From Acetivibrionales bacterium (GTDB taxonomy: Bacteria > Bacillota > Clostridia > DSM-8532), in contig JBMNTI010000001.1 in assembly GCA_050945655.1 (NCBI GenBank), forward strand, positions 28,275 through 92,274: a stretch of 64,000 bases of DNA, in the 5' to 3' direction. Both the position numbers and the translations under genes were made by a program. Positions within the stretch are counted from its first letter, which is position 1. Each line of letters starts with the position of its first letter. The notes beneath the pieces were generated by a model that saw only the letters and a program-made list of their open reading frames with translations, was not told the DNA's origin and made no database searches. This document shows, piece after piece, positions 58,786 to 64,000 of this stretch.

Positions 58786-59982
58786 TTAAAGCATTTTATC
58801 ACAGACAGCCTGAAATTTGCCGTCGGTCATAGTAACAACAAGCTTATCACCGGATTTTAATCCCTTTACCGATTTTATCAGCTTGCCGTTTTCATCCTGA
58901 ATAACCCCGTATCCTCTGGCTAAAACGGTCAGAGGACTTAGTGCGTTTAATTGGGCCACGACCGTTTTCAGTGAAATTCTTGTTCTTTCTAAGCCTGCTC
59001 TGCCCTGAAGTATAAGGCTTCTTTCATGAGCATCCAAAACAAGTCTTTTTTGATTTACGATTTCAAAAGGTTTTTGCAGACTCCTTACGCTTTGCAGCCT
59101 TGAAATTCTGTCCCTTTCCTTCTTCAGACCGTATGTCAGACAATTAAACAGTCTCTTTTCAACTGATTCCAAAGTGTCCTTTAAAGCCTTTTTTTCAGGC
59201 ATAACCAGTTCTGCTGCCGCTGATGGAGTAGGAGCCCTTAAATCTGCAGCAAAGTCTGAAATTGAAAAATCAGTTTCATGGCCTACCGCCGAGATTATTG
59301 GAATCCCGGATTTAGAAATGGCAATAGCCAGTCCTTCGTCATTAAACGGCCATAAATCTTCCAGTGAACCGCCGCCCCGCGCAAGAATTATTACCTCAAC
59401 ATTCCTTTTCTCATTAAAGTATCTGATGCCTTCAATCAATTGTGCCGGCGCTTCTATACCCTGAACAGCCGCACCGTATACAACTATTCTGGTATTGGGA
59501 TACCGTCTGTCCAGTATTTGAATCATATCCCTTATGACCGCACCGGTAGGCGATGTAATTACACCAACGGCTTTGGGGAGCAGTGGTATCTTTTTCTTTC
59601 TGGACGCATCAAATAAGCCCTGGGTCTCCAGCTTGCTTTTAAGCTGTTCAAAAGCCATATATAAAGCACCTGTGCCATCGGGCTGCATGTCATCTACATA
59701 AAGCTGGTACGCTCCTCCCTGGGGATAGACCGATACATAACCCCTGGCTATTACACTCATGCCCTCTTCAGGTCTGAATTTTAGACGGTTGTTCTGGGTT
59801 CTGAACATAACACATTTAATCAATGCTCCCTTATCCTTAAGCGAAAAATACATATGGCCCGAGGTATGGAGTTTAAAGTTTGAGATTTCTCCCGTTATCC
59901 AGACATTAGAAAGCAGCATGTCACTGTCGACAAGCTGCTTAATATACCTGGTTAATTCGGTAACGGTTAATGTTCTGTCCAT
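58786..59982 (-). CDS. xseA: Exodeoxyribonuclease VII large subunit
   Basis: OB-fold N-terminus (VWITGEISNFK.H.SGH.YFSLKD), catalytic core and coiled-coil tail. Confidence 0.95.
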   Translation of the reverse strand: MDRTLTVTELTRYIKQLVDSDMLLSNVWITGEISNFKLHTSGHMYFSLKDKGALIKCVMFRTQNNRLKFRPEEGMSVIARGYVSVYPQGGAYQLYVDDMQPDGTGALYMAFEQLKSKLETQGLFDASRKKKIPLLPKAVGVITSPTGAVIRDMIQILDRRYPNTRIVVYGAAVQGIEAPAQLIEGIRYFNEKRNVEVIILARGGGSLEDLWPFNDEGLAIAISKSGIPIISAVGHETDFSISDFAADLRAPTPSAAAELVMPEKKALKDTLESVEKRLFNCLTYGLKKERDRISRLQSVRSLQKPFEIVNQKRLVLDAHERSLILQGRAGLERTRISLKTVVAQLNALSPLTVLARGYGVIQDENGKLIKSVKGLKSGDKLVVTMTDGKFQAVCDKML

Positions 59983-59984
59983 AA

Positions 59985-60431
59985 TTATTCCTCCGGATCA
60001 GTGACGGTATTATTCTCTAACTCGGCAAATACTTTACCCAATACACCGTTAACAAATGTTCCGGATTGTTCTCCACCGTACTTTTTTGCCATTTCAACAG
60101 CTTCATTTATAGATACATTAACCGGAATATCTTGTCTGTACTTTATTTCATAGCAGGAGAGCCTCATAATGGCTAAATCAACCTTTGGCATCCTATTAGT
60201 AGCCCATCCTTTGGCATGGATTGAAATCAACTGATCCAGTTCCTTTTCATTATCCATGACACCGTTTACCACGTTCAGCAGATATTCCCTGTCCTGTGTT
60301 TCAGTAATTGCCTGTTCATCTATAAAACGGTCGATTTGCTCTTCAATATCTTCTTTTTGTATCTGAATCTGGTAAAGCAATTTCATGGCATTTTCACGTG
60401 TTTCTCTTCTTCCCAAAGGTTGTCCCTCCAT
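59985..60431 (-). CDS. nusB: Transcription antitermination factor NusB
   Basis: RRETRENAMKLLYQ...AILRLS-like...NEAVEMAKKYG...FVNGVL. The start is set at the internal ATG (MEGQPLG); the longer ORF-track version reads into a MITE copy. Confidence 0.92.
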   Translation of the reverse strand: MEGQPLGRRETRENAMKLLYQIQIQKEDIEEQIDRFIDEQAITETQDREYLLNVVNGVMDNEKELDQLISIHAKGWATNRMPKVDLAIMRLSCYEIKYRQDIPVNVSINEAVEMAKKYGGEQSGTFVNGVLGKVFAELENNTVTDPEE

Positions 60432-60485
60432 ATCAAAAGTCAAAGATCTAAAACCTAAACATGTCGACTCACTTCGTTTCTTATA

Positions 60486-60733
60486 CAAACTGCGCGGAAT
60501 TATCAATAGTATTAAATCTATACAAGTTTAGCGGCTATAGCCGACATTTGTCATCCTGAGCGTCAGCGAAGGATCTTCGGCGATTTAGCGCTCCATCTCC
60601 AACATCCGGTTTCCAGTCGCGCTCGCTACGCAATCCATGCTTCGCTTTAAATCGCAGCAAGCACGCCGCTTATTTACGGTTGCATAATCAAATATTATAA
60701 CCTGGATGTTAAAAACAATTTTCGCACAGTCTG
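60486..60733 (-). mobile_element. Family-A MITE-like element, long form, inverted orientation, flanked by TATA/TATA
   Basis: TIRs CAAACTGCGCGGAATT (degenerate) ... ATTTTCGCACAGTCTG. The cassette is present in reverse complement (GACATTTGTCATCCTGAGCGTCAGCGAAGGATCTT). Confidence 0.88.
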
Positions 60734-60781
60734 TATACATACTGTTCAGAAAGTGTGTCTGTATAATCCGATTATAACACG

Positions 60782-61522
60782 TCAAGCCTTCCGTGCAATA
60801 TAAAAAATACGTTCTTCATTGTGGGCAGGTTCATTAAAGCTCAAATTGCCAAACATCCCTAAAAGCTTCAACCCTGAGAAATCAAGGGCTTCTGTAATCT
60901 CCCCGGAGCTAAAAGCCCTTTCTTTGTGAGTTTCATCAAAACGTTCATATAAGCCGTCTTCTCTCTTAACAAAAAATGTCAGGTCGAAGGTAGCAATCCT
61001 GCTTTTGCTATTATATGTATTTTGCCAGATCCATGAAATATCTTCGTCCACTTCATAGAAAACCTGATTGCCGAGTATATTCGACAACTTATAGGGACTA
61101 TTGACATCGAAAATAAACAGCCCTCCTGGATTAAGATAATTGTTTGCCAGGCTGAAGATTTTTTTTAAATCATTTAATGATGTAATATAATTAATAGAAT
61201 CCAGAAGACATATAATAGCATCTACCGTTCCGTAAAGCTCAAAATTCCTCATATCCTGGTTTAAGAAAAGAATATCGGCCATCTCTTTTCTCGCCTTTGC
61301 ATAAGCCCTGTTCAGCATGGATGTTGAATTATCTATAGCAATCAAATCATAGCCTCTTTTAGCCAGCTCAAGGGCAAGACTTCCGGTGCCGCACCCCAGC
61401 TCCAGTATAAGCTTCGGCTCCAGACCAAATTTGCGAAAGGCTGATTGTAAATAATCAGCCCATTCAGCGTAATGAATATCATGAGTCAAACGGTCATAAA
61501 TATCCGCGAATCCTGTGTACAT
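60782..61522 (-). CDS. Class I SAM-dependent methyltransferase
   Basis: ILELGCGTGSLALELA (motif I), IAIDNS, and the FIFD post-I/II pattern. Substrate unknown. Confidence 0.8.
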   Translation of the reverse strand: MYTGFADIYDRLTHDIHYAEWADYLQSAFRKFGLEPKLILELGCGTGSLALELAKRGYDLIAIDNSTSMLNRAYAKARKEMADILFLNQDMRNFELYGTVDAIICLLDSINYITSLNDLKKIFSLANNYLNPGGLFIFDVNSPYKLSNILGNQVFYEVDEDISWIWQNTYNSKSRIATFDLTFFVKREDGLYERFDETHKERAFSSGEITEALDFSGLKLLGMFGNLSFNEPAHNEERIFYIARKA

Positions 61523-61539
61523 AATTAAGTACCCACAGC

Positions 61540-61737
61540 TTAAATCGCTTTGGATCTTTTTTTTCTGGATAAAAGACCACCGATTCGCCCGGTTTCTTTT
61601 GCACTAAGGCTTTTCCATCCTTCCTTTTGAATTCTCTCCAAAAGGCCCAGTTCTTCAGCTATCTCCAATTTAAGCTGTTCATCCTTCTTCAGCATATTTG
61701 CATCACCCCATGAATCATTATTACCAATCCTGTTCAT
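61540..61737 (-). CDS. Alpha/beta-type small acid-soluble spore protein-like
   Basis: KLEIAEELGL...LSAKETGRIGGLLSRK parallels the two conserved SASP blocks (K.EIA.E.G...G.vGG). The ATG at 61737 lacks an RBS; an internal ATG at 61695 (MLKKDEQ) has GGGGTG 8 nt upstream. Confidence 0.55.
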   Translation of the reverse strand: MNRIGNNDSWGDANMLKKDEQLKLEIAEELGLLERIQKEGWKSLSAKETGRIGGLLSRKKRSKAI

Positions 61738-61744
61738 GGGTATT

Positions 61745-61818
61745 CAGTTAAACAAGTTTAGCGGCTATAACTAAAAATCGAAGCAGCCACGCCACTTAAT
61801 TATGATTCATAATTAAAC
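61745..61818 (-). mobile_element. Family-A element, internally deleted and degenerate remnant
   Basis: CAGTTAAACAAGTTTAGCGGCTATAAC...CGAAGCAGCCACGCCACTTAATT matches the two ends of the reverse-oriented core with the middle missing. Confidence 0.55.
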
Positions 61819-61821
61819 ATC

Positions 61822-63090
61822 TCAGTTGCCCGCTGTTTCGGACAAGATTTCTTCTATGGCTATTTTAAGCTGATTATCCTTATCATGAGGTATATCCTCT
61901 ATGGATGTAGTGTTGAAATCTTCACTTAATTCAATCTCCACATCAGGCATAACTCCTTCTCCATGAATGCTTTTGCCTGATGGAGTAAAATACCTGGCTT
62001 TTGTATATTTCAGACCCCCGCCATTGGGAAAATCCATGTCTATTTCCTGTACAAGGCCCTTCCCAAAAGTTTTTGTGCCTACAATAGAGCCCTTGTCATA
62101 GTCCTGGATACAAGCTGCAAGTATTTCCGAAGCGCTTGCGCTGTATCCGTTGACAAGTACCGCTAAAGGTATTTCCAGCTCTCTTTCATCGGAGTATTGT
62201 TCATTTCTGTTTTTGTATCTATCCTCCGTATAGACTACTAATCCTTTTGGTACAATCCGGTCTGCAATTTTGGCAACCTGATAATATGATCCTCCGGGAT
62301 TATCCCGCAAATCTATCACCAAACCCTTTATGCCCCGGGATAACAGACTGTCAAGATGTGACTCAAAATCCTTGTATATATCATCGTCAAACTGCTTGAT
62401 GTGAATATATCCTATATCGTCATCCAATACCTCGCTTGATATCCAGGATATGTTAATAACTCGTCTTACCAGTTCCAAATCTCTGTATTTGCCCTCGCTT
62501 GGCCTGTAAATAGTGATCCTTACCTTAGTGTTAGGTTTTCCTTTAATTTTTTTCACTATCAGCTCGGCATCTTTTATAGGTGTTACGTCTTCATTATCAA
62601 CCTTAACAATTTTATCATTTTTTAATATGCCTACTTCTTTAGCCGGAGAATCGGCAAATACATCGGCAACGGTAAGAAGGTAATTTTCGTCCATATGGAC
62701 CGATACTCCAATACCCACATAGTTCCCCGATACACCTTCCAAATATGCTTTCATTTCCTCTGGTGTATAATAGATAGTGTAGGGATCATTCAAGCCCGCT
62801 GTGAGGCCTTTGATAGTAGCACCGAAAGTGGCACCGAAATCAACCTCTTCATAGTATTTGTTTTCCAATACATTTTTTACCCGGTTAAAAGCCTTTATAT
62901 CCTGATCATCGATTTGATCCGCATCAAAGTAAATTGCGGTTTGCGTTTTAAACCATTCTTTGATAGGTCTAGATGTAAATACATTCCACGACATTAAACG
63001 TATGACCGAAAAAAAATATCCCAAAAAAAATACCGTGACAAGGCTTATGGGTATTAAGACAGAAAGTAATATTTTTTGCTTTTTTCTCAT
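61822..63090 (-). CDS. S41 family C-terminal processing peptidase (Ctp)
   Basis: N-terminal TM, a PDZ domain, an S41 core (DLRDNPGG, GYSASASEILA, GTKTFGKG). Confidence 0.9.
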   Translation of the reverse strand: MRKKQKILLSVLIPISLVTVFFLGYFFSVIRLMSWNVFTSRPIKEWFKTQTAIYFDADQIDDQDIKAFNRVKNVLENKYYEEVDFGATFGATIKGLTAGLNDPYTIYYTPEEMKAYLEGVSGNYVGIGVSVHMDENYLLTVADVFADSPAKEVGILKNDKIVKVDNEDVTPIKDAELIVKKIKGKPNTKVRITIYRPSEGKYRDLELVRRVINISWISSEVLDDDIGYIHIKQFDDDIYKDFESHLDSLLSRGIKGLVIDLRDNPGGSYYQVAKIADRIVPKGLVVYTEDRYKNRNEQYSDERELEIPLAVLVNGYSASASEILAACIQDYDKGSIVGTKTFGKGLVQEIDMDFPNGGGLKYTKARYFTPSGKSIHGEGVMPDVEIELSEDFNTTSIEDIPHDKDNQLKIAIEEILSETAGN

Positions 63091-63258
63091 TAAAACAACC
63101 CTTCTTAAGCTTAGTTAAATCTATTCTACATCCTATGCTATCATTTTTCAAACCATGTTAGTCATTAGAATGATATCCAATGAATAAGGAAATAAACCGG
63201 GCAATTGCCCGTACCGGACTTTCACCTGCAAGTGTGGTTCAGCTCCGCCGGACACACG

Positions 63259-63293
63259 CATAACAAAAGAGCTTTTGTTATGCAAAAGCTCTT
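63259..63293 (-). terminator. Terminator-like hairpin(s) after the M23 peptidase gene
   Basis: AAGAGCTTTT-GTTATGC-AAAAGCTCTT, plus an overlapping alternative stem CATAACAAAAG/CTTTTGTTATG. Confidence 0.5.
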
Positions 63294-63310
63294 ACATATT
63301 AATAACCTTT

Positions 63311-64000
63311 TTATTTTTTCCCTTTCACGTAGTTTAGAGGATCCTGACGCACCCCATTCTTTCTTACCTCAAAGTGGAGGTGAGGCCCTGTAGACAAGCC
63401 TGTGCTTCCGACTTTTGCAATAACATCACCGGCTGCAACCTTCTGGCCTTCCTTAACCAGTATTCCGCCGTTTTTAATGTGGAAATATAACGTAGTTATT
63501 CCGCCGCCATGATCTATTATTACAGTATTACCGGATCCGCCGCTTCTCCATGCGGCGCATATTACTTTACCGCTGGCTGCCGCGTGGATCGGTGTTCCTG
63601 AAGGAGCTCCTATATCAATACCTCCATGCATCTTCATATACTTTAATATTGGATGCATCCTCATGCCGAAATAAGAAGAAATCTTGTAATACCCCGGCAA
63701 CGGCCATTGCATGACACCACCGGTGTAAGCTCCCGAGGAGGAGAGCTTTCTGATTAATTTCTCCAACTCTTTCGAATCGGCTTCCAGCTCATCTTCTGCC
63801 TTTTCAAGCTCCTTAAGGGTTTGCTGAGTCTTTTTAACCTCATTTTCAACGGCAGAACGGGATACTTCAAGCCTGGCTATTTCCCCCAGCATTGCTTCTA
63901 ATTGTTCCTGCGCGGTATCCTCTTCTTGTTGTTTGAGCATTTTGAGTTCGTTTATTTCAGCTTGTTTATCTTCCAGACTTTTTAGCAAATCCTGATCAAA
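63311..64000 (-). CDS. M23 family metallopeptidase with N-terminal coiled coil (EnvC-like); N-terminus beyond window end
   Basis: HGGIDIGAPSGTPIHAAASGKV...GSTGLSTGPHLHFEV, preceded by a coiled coil. The reading frame is still open at 64000. Confidence 0.88.
   Translation of the reverse strand, partial: FDQDLLKSLEDKQAEINELKMLKQQEEDTAQEQLEAMLGEIARLEVSRSAVENEVKKTQQTLKELEKAEDELEADSKELEKLIRKLSSSGAYTGGVMQWPLPGYYKISSYFGMRMHPILKYMKMHGGIDIGAPSGTPIHAAASGKVICAAWRSGGSGNTVIIDHGGGITTLYFHIKNGGILVKEGQKVAAGDVIAKVGSTGLSTGPHLHFEVRKNGVRQDPLNYVKGKK

Noticed and set aside
42411-60733. Family-A elements as IS200/IS605-type PATEs or retron/omega-RNA scaffolds.
   Set aside because: The elements have classical terminal inverted repeats and an apparent 4-bp target duplication, unlike IS200/IS605 derivatives (no TIR, no TSD). 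No reverse transcriptase, TnpB or IscB gene is present in the window.
60585-60785. 66-aa ORF inside a family-A element. Similar ORFs occur at 22677..22868 and 43849..44058, with a shared '...IIFDYA(I/T)VNKRR(G/A)CCDLKRSMDCVASATGNRMLEMER' translation, which could suggest a MITE-encoded peptide.
   Set aside because: Each ORF borrows its start codon from unrelated flanking DNA. Copies differ by non-synonymous changes and indels with no sign of codon-level constraint. There is no RBS. Inverted copies would place the frame on the other strand relative to neighbours. This is best explained as translation of a repeat.

Overview
This is a core-chromosome window from a spore-forming, anaerobic Firmicute; the Clostridia-type gene content is my inference and I make no species call. 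About 60 genes are present, almost all on the minus strand. In order they are: the spoIIIA operon (AF to AA), mfd, the ybeY/pgpH/phoH/yqfD/yqfC/pdaA block, two DUF881 genes, an HD-GYP gene, ligA, an amidase, gpr, uvrC, an HPr-like gene and rnfCDGEAB. Next comes a divergent Na+-decarboxylase operon (oadA-like, gamma, biotin carrier, beta), then type III glutamine synthetase, gatCAB, a GGDEF gene, rlmB/mrnC, rsfS-leuS, lepB, tlyA and dxs. The window ends with the nusB-xseA-xseB-ispA cluster, an SASP-like gene, an S41 peptidase and an M23 peptidase. Two things stand out. (1) A ~650-nt ORF-free, hairpin-rich region lies between a DUF212/PAP2-like gene (next to ispA) and a small 4-TM protein gene followed by dxs. 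This is the classic synteny of OLE RNA and oapA, and a TTGCAT-17-TATAAT promoter sits just upstream. (2) The intergenic DNA carries an unusually dense, modular set of small repeats. One is a ~215/247-bp MITE-like element with 16-bp terminal inverted repeats (9 copies or fragments, in long and short forms differing by a 40-nt cassette). A paralogous empty-versus-filled site pair shows a TTAA duplication for this element. At least three other hairpin modules (B, C, D) combine with it into mosaic islands, which lie inside the spoIIIA operon, in inverted orientation on both sides of gpr, and as direct copies on both sides of a GGDEF gene. Smaller oddities are a 65-bp tandem duplication of the gatA/gatB junction that creates a coupled 22-codon mini-ORF, an HPr-like protein lacking His15, and a 137-nt spoIIIAA/spoIIIAB overlap. 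I found no rRNA, tRNA, CRISPR array, prophage or recognisable defence island.
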